DNA of 64,000 bases, from NCBI RefSeq assembly GCF_011386835.1, contig NC_088792.1:77314001-77378000 (forward strand). The letters are read 5' to 3'. Below are positions 1 to 13,710 of this stretch, piece after piece (the first letter of the stretch is position 1; the number at the start of each line of letters is the position of its first letter). This stretch comes from Chrysemys picta bellii. Taxonomy: Eukaryota. Both the position numbers and the translations under genes were made by a program. Under the pieces are notes generated by a model, which was not told the origin of the DNA, ran no database searches, and saw nothing but the letters and a program-made list of their open reading frames with translations.

Positions 1-970
1 TGGGGCCGGTTTTGTTTAATATCTTTATTAATGATCTGGAGGATGGTGTGGACTGCACTCTCAGCAAGTTTGCAGATGACACTAAACTAGGAGGCGTGGT
101 AGATACACTAGAGGGTAGGGATCGGATACAGAGGGACCTAGACAAATTAGAAGATTGGGCCAAAAAAAAACCTGATGAGGTTCAACAAGGACAAGTGCAG
201 AGTCCTGCACTTAGGACGGAAGAATCCCATGCACTGCTACAGACTAGGGACCGAATGGCTAGGTAGCAGTTCTGCAGAAAAGGACCTAGGGGTCACAGTG
301 GACGAGAAGCTGGATATGAGTCAACAGTGTGCTCTTGTTGCCAAGAAGGCTAACGGCATTTTGGGCTGTATAAGTAGGGGCATTGCCAGCAGATCGAGGG
401 ACGTGATCGTTCCCCTTTATTCGACATTGGTGAGGCCTCATCTGGAATACTGTGTCCAGTTTTGGGCCCCACACTACAAGAAGGATGTGGAAAAATTGGA
501 AAGAGTCCAGCGGAGGGCAACAAAAATGATTAGGGGTCTGGAGCACATGACTTATGAGGAGAGGCTGAGGGAACTGGGATTGTTTAGTCTCCAGAAGAGA
601 AGAATGAGGGGGGATTTGATAGCAGCCTTCAACTACCTGAAGGGGGGTTCCAAAGAGGATGGAGCTCGGCTGTTCTCAGTGGTGGCAGACGACAGAACAA
701 GGAGCAATTGGTCTCAAGTTGCAGTGGGGGAGGTCCAGGTTGGATATCAGGAAAAACTATTTCACTAGGAGGGTGGTGAAACACTGGAATGCGTTACCTA
801 GGGAGGTGGTGGAGTCTCCTTCCTTGGAGGTTTTTAAGGCCCGGCTTGACAAAGCCCTGGCTGGGATGATTTAGCTGGGAATTGGTCCTGCTGGGAATTG
901 GTCCAGCAGGGGGTTGGACTAGATGACCTCTTGAGGTCCCTTCCAACTCTGATATTCTATGATTCTATGA
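1..970 (+). mobile_element. CR1 LINE 3' end (RT C-terminus and 3' UTR), running off the left edge
   Basis: [10 protein letters not shown]...MRFNKDKC...[11 protein letters not shown]...LFSLQKRR...[10 protein letters not shown], split by two +1 frameshifts; ends in an (ATTCTATG)n tail at about 953-970. Confidence 0.97.
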
Positions 971-994
971 AAATCGGGACATCTGGTCACCCTA
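971..994. mobile_element. Terminal remnant of a DNA MITE interrupted by the CR1
   Basis: aaatcgggacatctggtcacccta is the reverse complement of the TAGGGTGACCAGATGTCCCG terminus that I recognise from hAT-like MITEs. Confidence 0.55.
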
Positions 995-1239
995 AACCCC
1001 AGCAGCAGCAAAGCCATGCATTTACACCATTGTCAAGCTCTCTCTAATAAGACTTAAATCTTAAAACTCTTGGAACCAGATTATGCTACTTTTTATGCAC
1101 TATGGAGGGGTTGGGGTGGACATAGGGATAGGAAGCTGCTTCCCAAAAAAAGGCAGCAAGTCCCTAGCACAGGTGAAAATTGAGTACTTAGGCCACGTTA
1201 TAGTGCTTTTCATTTGTAGATCCCAAAAGACATTACAAA

Positions 1240-1350
1240 TGTGCTTTTTAATCCCCATTTTATGCAGATGGGGAAACTAAGGCACATAGAGGTTAAGTTG
1301 CCCACAGTCAAATACAATTCAGCATCAGAGCTGGGAACAGAACCTAGGGC
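1240..1350 (-). mobile_element. CORE-SINE (MIR-like) fragment
   Basis: ccccattttatgcagatggggaaactaaggcac...ggttaagttgccc matches the reverse-complement MIR core. Confidence 0.7.
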
Positions 1351-4300
1351 ACCCACTTGCCAAGCCAATGCCTTATCTGTTGGGCCACACTGACTCGTAG
1401 CAGCATTTTCCCATTAATATGTATGCTGCACTATACCTTCAAGACTCTTCAAACAGGCTGGGCAAAGACTCCAGGTGGGAGAAGTCAGCTTCACAGAGCC
1501 AGACTCTATGTGCTTGCCCCACAACTGAAAGCAAGTTATGGAAATTCCACAAGTCAGTGCAGCTATTGCCCATATTAGCCTGCTGCTCGCAGACTATGGA
1601 ACATACTGCATGGGCCAAAGTCACTAATCCATCGAATCAATGCCAGCAGGTATGGGGGGGAACTTGGTGCATCATGGAAGCACAGCCAATGTGTGCAATG
1701 AACTGATGTTCCAATACTTTTCCTGTAGTATTTTAGCCAGCAAGTTATTTCCTGGTCTTTTTCATTGCAGTTTTTGGAACTGCTGCTTTGGAACATTTTA
1801 TGTAACATGCACTCTGTCTTTGACTGTGGCAGGAGAGCACGTAGCCCTGTACATATCACCACACAACTGCGCCTTTCAAACTCAAGAGGCCTAAATGCAA
1901 AACAAGTGCAGAGCACAAGGGAAAAAAACCAAAGGCACAAGAAGTTTCAGATGAGCTGCTCTGTAACTCAGGTGTTCTAGAAGTCTCGCATGTCAAAGGT
2001 CACTAACTTAAAATAATCAAAGTGAATCAACAGCAGGTTTACAGGTCAACTTGAGTCTGAGGGCCATCTCTTAGCAGGAAGAACAGCTCAGGGGAACATG
2101 TAAGCAGCCCATGCCCACTTCCCTTTCCATTTCCACAGCCAGATTTACAAAATTTGGGGCATACAAATGATCCATTACAGTTGCCAAGCTGGCCACCTGC
2201 AAGTGCCTGCTGTGTGTATGCACACAGACTATTTGAATGTATATACTCTGTACGTGCGAATGTAAGCATGCAATAGTGCAGACCTAACTTTGTAAATCTG
2301 ACCCATGATGGACTCCCAATTAAAAAACCCAATTACTACATGGCATAACCTCTCCATACCCAAAGTACTATGGGGCAATTACATAGACACTCTGCATGTA
2401 GAGTGGCTACAGAATAAGGCTCTCCTATTAACAGTCTAGAAACTCTAAACTGTTATTTTAACCCCAGATGATTTTCATTATAACCAGATTAAATTAAAAA
2501 AAAAAACAAGTGTATTAATCATATCATGCTCAGCAGCCTGGAATCTTACTTGACACGATTTCCTATACATAGATCTCCACTTTAAAATATTTTGTATACA
2601 CATCCCAATTTCCTTTTATTTATTTTTAAATTCTACAGTCATCTGTGAGTGGATACTTATCAGTTACCTCTATATCCCTGCACAGCCAATTCACCTATGT
2701 CACTGAGCTCCCTGTACAAACCTTGTCTTAATTGCTGGCCTTTCCAGGGATTATGACTATAATTCAATTTTGAAGATGTAAATGCCATCCATTCAGTAAA
2801 TTTCTGGACTAGATCCTCAGCTGTACCAGAATGCAACCTAATTTAGAGCAGCCTCAGAACTGCTCAAAGTTACATAAAATGATCCAACACACCTGTCTCA
2901 AGAACTCCCATGAAAATGGCCGGAAAATAATTCTGCTAAAATAGCACAGAAAAGTCACAGTTTAATGGCACACACTAACATGCTCTCAGGGATCATTTCA
3001 GCCACTGCCACACCCACTCTCATATCCAGCACATCAAAGTTATGTAGAGCTGTTTACACCAACTCTTAGTCACTCCAAGGGGAATTCCCAGCTGCCCATT
3101 TAGCGGAATTTTATGGTTCCTCTCGAGAGGCACAACAGGGCCGTAGCAGAGGCCATAAGGTAGCCCTCTTGATCTTACAGTACAGAATGTTGTGTGTTTT
3201 CCTGTAATCACACATGCACAGTATTCATTGACGTTTTCTAGATATTTTCAATTGTTGACAGTATTTATTAGTTTTTCCCCCTCATCCCACAGAGCTCCTT
3301 CCACAAGCTCTAAACCTGAAAGTTATTTTCCAGCTTTTACCAAAAGGAAAATCTTTAGCTGATTCTCTGTGATAAACACATTTTTCAGTTATATAATCTA
3401 AAATTCATCTTACATTTTTCACTTAGAAACTAGTAATGCTCTCAAGATGAGAGTTATTATAGGGATAGTTTTTATAATTTTGTATCTGGCAGTATAAAAT
3501 GTTTCTCATCAGTTCAATTTGAGTCTTACCAAAATCCACCCCTAAACTTTCTGAACAGAACTTCACATTACCTCTTATTACCTAGCACTACAGATTTTAA
3601 TCACGATAGTAGATTTCTATGGTCAGAGACTGGGTTTCAGGCTTTTGCAATTAAATGGGAACTGGCATATTTGAATTCCTTGATTGTGGCAAAGCTACTA
3701 ATCTGATGCCAGTTTAAGTCATGAGACATTTCATGGATATCTGGTAATGACAGTGGCAGAAGCATTTTCTTGGTTTTAATCGAATAACTTGATAATTGCA
3801 GTAACAAGAACGTAATGATGTACCAATTCCACAGCATCTTTCAAACTCCTTGCTTCTTCTTTACTCTCTAAGATGACTCTGGAAAAAAGATTAATCATTC
3901 TGGGATGGAAAAAAAAAGTTTAAAAGCTAGGCAGGGAAAATATCATGTATTTTCATTTTCTGCTGTGACGGTGGTGGCTTAGGGAAGCAGAGGAGACTAA
4001 CACAACTTGGATTGCTTTTGATCTCCATCTAGTGAGTGAATTAAGGAATTGCATGAATGTAGGGAGTGACTTCCTGATTTGGAATTAAGCAACAGTACAA
4101 TTAGCTGTTCTTTATATCGTTTTAAATTAACCCTCAACAAAAGACCGAGTAAGCTTGAAAGAGCAGGAATTTCCAAATGGCCACATTGTCTGATGAAAGC
4201 CAGATGTTCTGCAATGAGCTTATTTTCTGGGTATCTTTTTGCTACATTCGTTGCTAATTATACGTTTGCTCAAAATTCTATTGGAAATATATATTATTTG

Positions 4301-5121
4301 AGATATTTTTCACTTACAAAATCCATTCTTTTGGGTGTTTTTACTATCAAAAATGTGTGTCCTTTTTGTGCTTCACATCATCTATAATGCTGATCTGTGC
4401 ATCGGAGACACTATCTCACAGCTGATGGGTCAGTAACACAACAAACCTAATAAAGGAACTCTGAGCAATTTCACTGTGACAGTCCCTAGCAGCTTTAGGC
4501 TTAGCAGTGATGTACTTGAGTCAGGCAAGCTTGGCTAACCCTGGACTGTGTTGGCTAAGGAGGTCTAGGTTCTGGCCAGTGGCCACTCCCTTCAGAAAAC
4601 GTGTTACCAGGGACTCCTTAAATCAAAGCACTGAGACTCAATGGCAAAATCATTACCTAAGAGCTCCTTTGATCATGCCGACTCTGAATGAGGGTTCACA
4701 CAGCATGCACTAAACTCTCAAGTCCTGTCTCGGGATGTACTGGGCTCAACATGAAAACTGGGGTATATTCTTTCAAGGCGCAGCTTCTTCGGATTGTTCC
4801 AATTCTCTGTACAAAGCACCAAGTTTACCTACAGTATTATGGTGCTAGATACCAATGTTAAATAGAAATTTAATAGTCCAAAACTTTGGTCAGAAATCGA
4901 GAAGGGATATCCCAAGAAGTTGCGGAAGAGGCCTCAGTCCTGCAGTGAGCCAAGAATGGCTCAAAGACAGACACAGATATCTTTCCATATAAAAAAGAAG
5001 CTTCCAGAGCTACTGATCCACAGATCCCCAAGTCAGGGAGTACTCGTCTCCCTTCTCCCTATTAGATGCCATATCATGTCAGTTTCCCATGGCCACAAAG
5101 GGAATAATTACAGAACATCTA

Positions 5122-5243
5122 TAGAGCTCCGGGCGGATACAAAAATTTGGATTCGCATCCAATCTGCAATCTGCAAAGATGTTAAATAACAGAACCGCAA
5201 TCACGTCTGCAGATGCAGATATCCGCGGATTTTCAGGGCGCTA
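5122..5243. mobile_element. hAT-type MITE
   Basis: Imperfect TIRs tagagctcc...gcggatac / atccgcggat...cagggcgcta; 8-bp TSD AACATCTA/AATATCTA. Confidence 0.7.
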
Positions 5244-6372
5244 AATATCTACCCAGGCTGAAAGCCATACATAGCAATTGGGCATAAGGGACCTCTCCAT
5301 GTATCCTTTTAAGTCTTCACAAAGGCTGAGTAGTTTCTTCCTTGTATGACTGACAGTTCAAATGTCTTCAGTTAAAAGTGTATACTAGTTTCTCAAACAT
5401 TTGTGGATTCAGTTCTCTCAGTGGATATACATGCTAAGTGAATATAGGATTGTATATCTTTACAAACATGCTTTCACATTTCATTGAAGACCAACCACTC
5501 AGTGATAACTATATTCAAAGTAAATATATACTTTCTATTCTAAATCTTTTAAGTAATACTCTATACAAAATTACATATTATAAAAATGGACAGCAGCAAT
5601 TGCTCCTTGAAAGGTCAGAGAAAATTCACACATACTGTAGGATCTTCCATAACAGCAGCTTGTCTCCTCAGAAAACACAGCACACTGTGGACACATCGGT
5701 GAAAATTATATTCATATAAAAACTGAAAATATATATTTTTTCTTTTTAGAAGTAGATTTTGCATGACTGCACCCAGCAGACATTAACAGTGTGTATGCTA
5801 ATTAGTAGCTCAAACCTATTCCTGTTGTTCTGGTGCCCCCCAATGGTCTTACTAGTTCACTACCAGCTATGGCTTCAGATATTTTAATAAAATACAATTT
5901 TGCAGTATTCATCCCAAAACGCATGTGCGACGTTACAGCTGTACTGTTTATTTATATAGCAGGATGGCTGCATTCTGAAAACAAGTCTATCTGTTAAGAT
6001 TCAGCATAGATTTCGATACACACTGAATGCCCAAGCACTAAAGCTGTTTAAGTCCTTTACCAGCTTTTAATTGGCATGCAAAATGAATTGCAACTGAGAG
6101 AATGCTTCAAAGCTCAAGCAAGAGATATAGAATTTTCCATAAGGTTTGGTTTAGAAATTTCAAGGTTAGTTTTGTTTATAAAAAGAACTAGATTCACAAA
6201 AGAGAGGCCCTGCTTGCAGGGTTGACAGAGGCCATGAATTTCCACAACCCAGCTGAGATGCCACACATCCAGCCAGATTGCAGGAAAGCCCTGCAATTGC
6301 TGCTGCTTCCCTCTTCTCCCAAGAAATACTAATACCGCTGTCAACTCAGCCATTTATCACCACAACCCATTT

Positions 6373-6589
6373 CCCACGGCCAGGCAACGCTGCTCCAGCA
6401 CTCTGGCCGGGCGGTGCAGGGCGGCTGGGGTCAATGGACCAGGCAGGCGGCGCGGGGCCGCTGGCGTTGGCGGACCGGGTGGCTGGCTCAGGGCCACTGG
6501 GGCCGGCCAGCCCGCTGGCCTGGGGTTAACAGTTAAGGCCGGTTAACTGGTAAGACTACGGCTTATCCAGTTAACATTTTACATCCCTA
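6373..6589. mobile_element. Truncated GC-rich non-autonomous DNA transposon end (hAT-like)
   Basis: Abrupt GC/CpG-rich block with repeated ggttaac motifs, ending in TIR-like ttttacatcccta; left TIR not found. Confidence 0.55.
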
Positions 6590-7719
6590 GTATAAATGGG
6601 AATGAACACTACAGTGCAGTATTAATGACGACACTAATATGGTGAAAAGGTTTGTAACCAGAGACAACATCTCTCTTCTTTTAGAAAGGTTTGTTCAAAA
6701 AGCCAATACCAATAGACAACCTAGTGTTCATTACTCATTTATAAGATTGTGATTTACAACAATTATTATTTCTGACATTTAAGTAACTTCATAAATATTT
6801 TAAATAACCAAAGATGCTCCTATTACCACACACCAGCAGTAAGAGAAACTGCCTTTAAACTGTGCAAACAAAGACCATTGCAATCTGTATTACATAGACA
6901 CTTTGTGTTCCTTGTGAGGAAAATTATTCACTAACAGCTAAGTGACTGCTAAATACAATTTTGCTTCAGCCATGTTTGCTTTTTCACAGTGGATGAAATC
7001 TACCCTGTGCAGAGAGGCTACACAAGGTCCAGGCATCACTTAAGTCACATTTAAGCCCCTCACAGTTGAAATATTGAATGTTAAATTTTAGAAGGAATAA
7101 TCACAGCCAACAGTTGAAAAGCCACAGGCTTGGTCGTCAAAAAATATCTGTTGAGCAATTATGAACAGTGAACAAATCGGCAAGTCACAGTCTGTTTGCA
7201 GATAATTCAAGAACAGAAAATAAGGGCTACACTGACCCCAAAAAATTTGTTCACCCAGAATTATCATCCCTGCATTTATCTCCTCTGTCCATGAATCCCT
7301 TCTTTAATTCAAACTCTTCCTAGATAGCATTTATTCTTCACTTATTCTCTTTAAATAACTCCCTTAGTGAAGTTCACGCCCCTTTCCCTCCCATCTCCAG
7401 ACATGCATGTTTGTCAGTAGGCAGAATTTCTGGGGGGGGGACTTCAGGAGAGTTGGGGGAATGGAATCCACTCCCCAATCCACAAGCAGAGAGCTGGGCA
7501 TCTCTGCAACCCCTCTGTAACTGCTCTTTGATTTCCTGGACTGAGAAAGGGGCCATGTTGCCTATACAGACCCAGGACTGTGACTATTGGACATATGTAA
7601 CTGAAGACCCAGTTTCATGCCACAGATCTCCCCCCAGATTCCCTCTCTCGAGGAGTCAATGCAGAAGTGCTGAGCAAAGGACACATTCAGTTTCCTATGT
7701 GCCTCTTCTCAAATCCCCA

Positions 7720-8360
7720 GCACCCAGAGAAGTAATAAAGCCTTTGTGCAAGGTACTGATAAGACCTTATGAATACTGCGAACAATTCTAGTCACCCATA
7801 TTCAAGAAAAAAAAACATTCAGAACTAGAACAGGTGCAGAGAAGAGCTACTAGGATTATCAGGGGAATGGAGAGCCTCTTATCAAAGCAGACTAAAACAC
7901 CAAGTCTCATTTAGCCTAGCAAAAAGAAAGCTGAGAAAGGATATGATTGCTCTTTATAAATACATCAGAGAGGACTAAATACCAGTGAGAGTGAAGAGCT
8001 ACTTAAGCTAAAGGACAACATTGGCACAAGAACAAATGGATATAAATTGGCCATGAACAAATTCAGGCTGGAAATTAGAAGGTTTCTAACCATCAGGGGG
8101 TGTTCTGGAACAGCCTCCCAAAAGAAGTTATGGGGGCAAACAACTTAATTAGTTTTAAGAGAGCTGGACAAATTTATGGGTGTGATTATATGATGGGGTT
8201 ACTTGTGATAGTAGGGGCAGGGCTCAGCATCCCTGGGGCTCACTTTTGGTTTATGTCTTATGTTCCTAAAAGCTCATGCTTCAGGGCGTCAGCCAACCAG
8301 GAAGGGATTTCTCTGTCACCAATCTATTGGGGGCAGAGGATCTAGTCTCCTTCCTCTGAG
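7720..8360 (+). mobile_element. Old CR1 LINE 3' fragment
   Basis: Degenerate REVIKPLCKVLIRPYEYCEQF...ELEQVQRRATRIIRGME, followed by NKFRLEIRRFLTIRG.FWNSLP and 3' UTR-like sequence. Confidence 0.85.
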
Positions 8361-10758
8361 CTGTCAGGGATGAGCATGGCTGGAGATGGGACAATGCAAG
8401 CTGTAGCCATTAATTCTCTGTGTTAAAATCTGATCTATATTTGTTAAAAGAGAAAAAAAGACCTTTAGTCAGGTATAATCTGGGCACTGAATGAATAAAG
8501 CTTCTAGCGACCTCAAGATTCCAATACTTAGACATTCTTGGGATGCTTCAATTATTCAGTTCCCCTGTGATGCATATTGGGTTTCATTTTGATCCCTAGT
8601 CTATTAAACATGATCTATGACACATTCAAAAAACTGTAGTTTGGAGTTCAGCATGTAACTCAAACTTGTTTCCTTCCATCATTGGTTATTAATGTGTGTA
8701 CAGCATGGAGAAAGCCACTGCATAATGAAGAGGTGCACAGAGGTGCACGAACACAATGACACTTTATAAAAGAAGTGCATAGCACCGGACAGAAGTAAAT
8801 AGAGCCAAGTAATACAAAATTAACCTCTTGTTGAGCCTTGGAATCCAGTCTTTCCAGAGGGGAAAAACCCCCACTAGAGCAGGCATGAAAGATCATATTA
8901 AATACCAACTGATATTTTAAAACTTTAAAAGGGAATGAAGGAATAGAAAGTAAGTAGTCAGGTTTAAGCAGAGCAAAAATTATGTTGTTTGTCCAAAGGG
9001 GCCGGGTGGAGTCAGGGACCCAGACACACTAGCTGAAGCTGACCGATTATGCAGAGTGGATCACCATGCACTGGCTAATACGTAAGCCTCAGAATGGAAG
9101 ATATTTGACTGTAAATAGGGCAGGAATGACAAAAAAATTACTTTCTGCAAAATAATACTGCAGACATAAAATCCTCTGCTGCCTGGGAGCCCTAGTTTCT
9201 GGGGTTTTTTTAAAGTAGCTGACAGTAAATTAAGTAGTAAGACGTTGACTATGCTTATCAGAGAGAAGCTGGCAAATGCAGGAGATGTAATAATCCAACA
9301 TCTTTTTCCAAAAAATGAGTTTTAACTCAGTGCCACTAGAGAGTCACCATTACTCCTAACCTAGTTCTATCACAGTCATTTTGAGAACAGTAATGTTTAT
9401 TCTAGATAAGTCTGATAAAAATCATTATATTTGAAAAGTGTGATGAGCAATTCCTGAAAGCCTCCTGGAATCTCTGTGGCAAAACATGTAATTTTTGTTC
9501 CATTTCATCTCTACAGCAATAGCGAACAGATTCTGCAATGCTGCTGAATATGGCAAAACATGTCCAAGAGTTGCTATTATTAAGCTATTTTGAAACAAAT
9601 ATTATGAATCAGTAAAAGCAGGCATGCAGGGATAGGAGTCAGCCATAGATGAATTTCACCCTATATCTGCAAATGGCTTGAACCTGCCTCCATTGAAGTG
9701 AATAGCAAAGACTAATGTGAAAACAAGATCAGGCCCAACACACGAGGATTATATCCAAATGTCCATGCCTTCCCTCCCCAACCTCCCCGCACACTCATTC
9801 TGATCACAGGTCCAGGATAATTTCTTAGAGGAGTGTGCCAGTCCTGAAATCATTTGCAGTGGTCCAAAGTGTTTCAAGTCCAGGTCTACGGCATTCTATT
9901 ACACCTTAAAAATGCATACACATTATTCTGATTAGCAATTCGCTTCCCTCTCCCCACCACTCTCCTCAATTCCAACAGGATGCTGCCAGCCATCGTCCCA
10001 TGAGCTACATGAATTAGAAATTAATGCACTAATCTTGCAAACACTTTTGCAGATGCACATAGTTAAACATATGCACAGGCTTACTGAAATTAAGGATATA
10101 TTTAAATATTTGCAGGATGAGGGCCTAACAAATTATACTTTTTGTGAAGTGGGACTCAAGTTTTCAACATATAAAGCATTGGTTCCTATCTCTAGTAGTT
10201 CCAGAGTAGTCAGACCTTAAAACTGACTTGTCCTTTGGCCTAGCACTGCTTTTTACATACTAGTGCACAAAAGAATGCCCAAGACCTGTAATTTTAAATT
10301 CCCTGGTTATATGCACAATTGTGTTGTAAATAAAAAAAATGTCAATTTTGATTCACTGAAGCCAAACTAATATGCCATTTTTACATCTTACCACTCAAAT
10401 GACCAGATTTCTTTGATATTTAAAAAAATCCTTGCTAAGTCTTTTAATTCACAGCCAATAACCTTTACAGCCGAGTTACATAATAAATCTATTTTCAGAA
10501 GTGTGTTAACCAGGAAAGCGTGCAGATCCCTATCTAGTGAGATACTACAACATTACTATAATTTTCTCTAATATATGCTGTTGTGCTGGTCCTTAACAGT
10601 AATTTATATGTGGCTAAATCGCACAGGTTTATTCATCTACTTAGTAAACTATGTACTATTAATTACAAAATAAAAAATGTACCTTCTTTAACAACTGTCA
10701 TACCAAATTATACTGTCCTTATTGTATCACTGAGTGAAATAGTCTAGTTTGTTTAGAA

Positions 10759-10778
10759 ACACACACACACACACACAC
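10759..10778. repeat. (AC)n microsatellite
   Basis: About 10 AC units read directly. Confidence 0.9.
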
Positions 10779-11751
10779 CCTACCTTAGCACAAATCCTGC
10801 TTATTATCATAATATTGGCTATTGCCAGAGTCAGAGGCCTAGCTGAACCTCTGTCCCATTCCTGGTCTCTGAGTGTACCCCTTAGATGTCAGAGCTTGTA
10901 CCTTGCCTATCACAGGATGGAATTCTGCAATTCCCCCACTCCGAGACTGGGCCCTGGCCTACAGTACTCTGGGGCTTACCCAACAGGTATGACTGAGTGT
11001 AGACATCTGCAGGTCTCCCTTTTGGGAGACTGTAATCAGTGGCAACTACAGTGACCAGACAGCCTTCTTAAACCAAGTACTGTTTATTTTAAGAGTATGA
11101 TGAATGCGCTTAGAGAAAGGATTTTAAAAACAAACAACAATCTAGGTACACGTCTTACCTAAAGGCTTCTCATCCCATGATGTGATCTCGGAAGGTCTAA
11201 CTTCTTCAGACACCCTGAAAAACTACCCCACTTTCTTGAGTGTTTCTTTTTAGACCCATCTGTCTTTTGATCTCCTGTGTTCACAGGCCTTTTCATCTCC
11301 TGATTCAAACCAGTTTTGTAGGTTAGCTGGAGAGGAGGCAAAATCTTTGACCTTTTCTACACTGGCAAGTTTCTGCGCAGTAAAGCAGCTTTCTGTGCTG
11401 TAACTCCCGAGGCGTACACACTGCCAAGCCACTTAGTGCGCAGAAACTGCGCAGTTGCAGCACTGTAAAAAAAACACCCCAATGAGAGGCATAGAGCTTT
11501 CTGCACCAGGGCTACAGTGCTGCCGTGCCAATGTAGACACCCTGGTCAATTACAGCGCTGCAACTGGCCTCCAGAAGGTGTTCCACAATGTCTGTTTTCA
11601 CCTCTCTGGTCATCGGTTTGACCTCTACTGCCCTGCCCGCAGGTGGCTAACTGTGAGCCTCACCCCTTAAATTCCTTGGGAATTTTGAAAGTCCCCTTCT
11701 TGTTTGCTCGATGATCCGTGCAGTGGTCTCAACGCATCTTTCTAGGTGACT

Positions 11752-12255
11752 ATGCCTGCTCCATGCACCAGGCGATCCCCCTCTTGGAGCAATGCCGAAC
11801 TGCTGGACCTCATCAGCATTTGGGGAGGAGGAGGAGATCTAGTCCCAGCTGCGCTCCACTATGGACACACTGCCATGACCGGGACACATTGCAGCGCAGG
11901 GTGAAAGTGAAGGAGCTGCGGAACGCCTACCACAAGGCACGGAAGGCAAACCGCCTCTCCGGTGCTGCGCTCACGAGCTGCCGGTTCTACAAAGAGATGG
12001 ACGCAATACTCGGTGGCGACCCCACCTCCGCTGCAAAGGCCACTGTGGATACGTCGGTGGCTCTTATCAACCTCCTGGCTCCAGTCTGCATTCCACTCCT
12101 GCCCCGTCACAGTCCAGCCCTGTGGACTCCCAGTACCCACTGCACTCAACACCCATCCCCCTCTGCAGTTTAGCCCCGCTGAAGCACAGTACCTGCTGCA
12201 CTGTACTCCAAAGGACAAGGCTGCATATGATACCTGGACATACACAAATCTTTAA
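11752..12255 (+). pseudogene. Harbinger Myb/SANT-like DNA-binding protein remnant
   Basis: MPAPCTRRSPSWSNAELLDLISIWG, a frameshift, then HDRDTLQRRVKVKELRNAYHKARKAN...CRFYKEMDAILGGDP; a large internal deletion joins this to a C-terminus ending YDTWTYTNL*. Confidence 0.85.
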
Positions 12256-12531
12256 CCATCCCAGTACCTCACCTCCTGCTGGGACCCTCCCTACGCCCAC
12301 CCCCCACAGTGCTGATGTGGGTTTTTTTGTTTGTCTCTCTCCTCTGGTTGTTGTTTTTTAATAAAAGAATTGTTTTGGTTTGAAAGCAAGCTTTATTCCA
12401 TTAATTGAAAGCAAACAGAGCCCTGCAAAGCAACAGGCAATTTTCTTAAACCTTCACAGTGCATTGTCTGCACTAATCACAATCACCTCCGAGCATTACA
12501 AGCACCACCCTCCCGAGCATAGTAACAAATA

Positions 12532-13710
12532 TTAGCGGATTTCAGCTTCAAATTGCTGCCTCAAGGCATCCCTGATCCTTCTGGCCCTGCGCTGCACCCC
12601 TCTCATGGCCTTGGTCTCTGGCTGTTCAAATTCAGCCTCCAGGCGCTGAGCCTCAGTGGTCCAGCCCTGAGTGAAGTTTTCACCCTTCCCTTCACAAATA
12701 TTATGGAGCGAACAGCACGCGGCTATAAGTATAGGAATATTGTCATTGGCCAGGTCCAGCCTCCCATATAAGCAGCCAAACGGGCAAAATCACACTCAAC
12801 AGTCTTTCTGCACTTGCTCAGCCTGTTGAACCGCTCCTTGCTGCTGTCAAGGTTCCCCGTGTATGGCTTCATAAGCCACGGCATTAAGGGGTAGGCAGGG
12901 TCTCCCAGGATCACCAGGGGCTTGAAGCTTCCTGAACAGGGCAATGTTCTGAAAGATGCATGCGTCGTGCACCTTTCTGGACCAGCCTGCTTTAATGTCC
13001 GTGAAATGCCCACGGTGATCCACAAGTGCCTGGAGAACCATAGAGAAATACTCCTTCTGATTAATGTACTCGGTAGCTAGGTGGTCTGGTGCCAGAATTG
13101 GAATATGCATGCCATCTATCGCGCCCTTCTCTCCGCAGTCAGGGAAACCCATTTATGCAAAGCTATCCACAATGTCACGCACGTTGCCCAGAGTCACGGT
13201 CTTTCGGAGCAGGATGCGATTAATGGCCCTGCACACTTCCATCAACATGAGTCCAACGGTCGACTTTCCCATTCCGAACTGGTTATTGACCGATCGGTAG
13301 CAGTCTTGAGTAGCCAGCTTCCACAGTGCAATCATGAAGCGCTTCTCCAAAGACAGGGCAGCTCTCATTCTCGTGTCCTTGCACCACAGGGCTGGGGCAA
13401 GCTCATCACACAGTCCCATGAATGTGGCTTTCCTCATCCGAAAGTTCTGTAGCCACTGCTCATCATCCCAGATATCCATGACATGCGATTCCACCACTCT
13501 GTGCTTACTTGTTTCCCGAGCCCCAAACTGTCGTTCCACTGTGGTCAGCACCTCCGTGAATGCCACAAGCAATCTCGTGTTATAGCTACTACACGTGGCA
13601 AGATCAATGTCGAACTGCTCTTGCCTTTGTAGTTTAAGGAATAACTCCACTGCCACTCATGACGTGTTAGTGAGAGCGAGCAGCATATTGGTCAACAGTG
13701 CGGGATCCAT
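12532..13710 (-). pseudogene. Harbinger (HARBI1-like) DDE transposase, disrupted
   Basis: MDPALL...WLQNFRMRKATF...GFPDCGEKGAIDGMHIPI...YFSMVLQALVDHRGHF...ILGDPAYPL...CRKTVEC...IRDALRQQFEAEIR*; contains a premature stop, frameshifts and deletions. Confidence 0.92.

Noticed and set aside
6278-6529. GC-rich ORFs here and at 36697-37290 that look like CpG-island exons
   Set aside because: They lie within transposon-derived GC-rich blocks with TIR-like ends, and the peptides are low-complexity.
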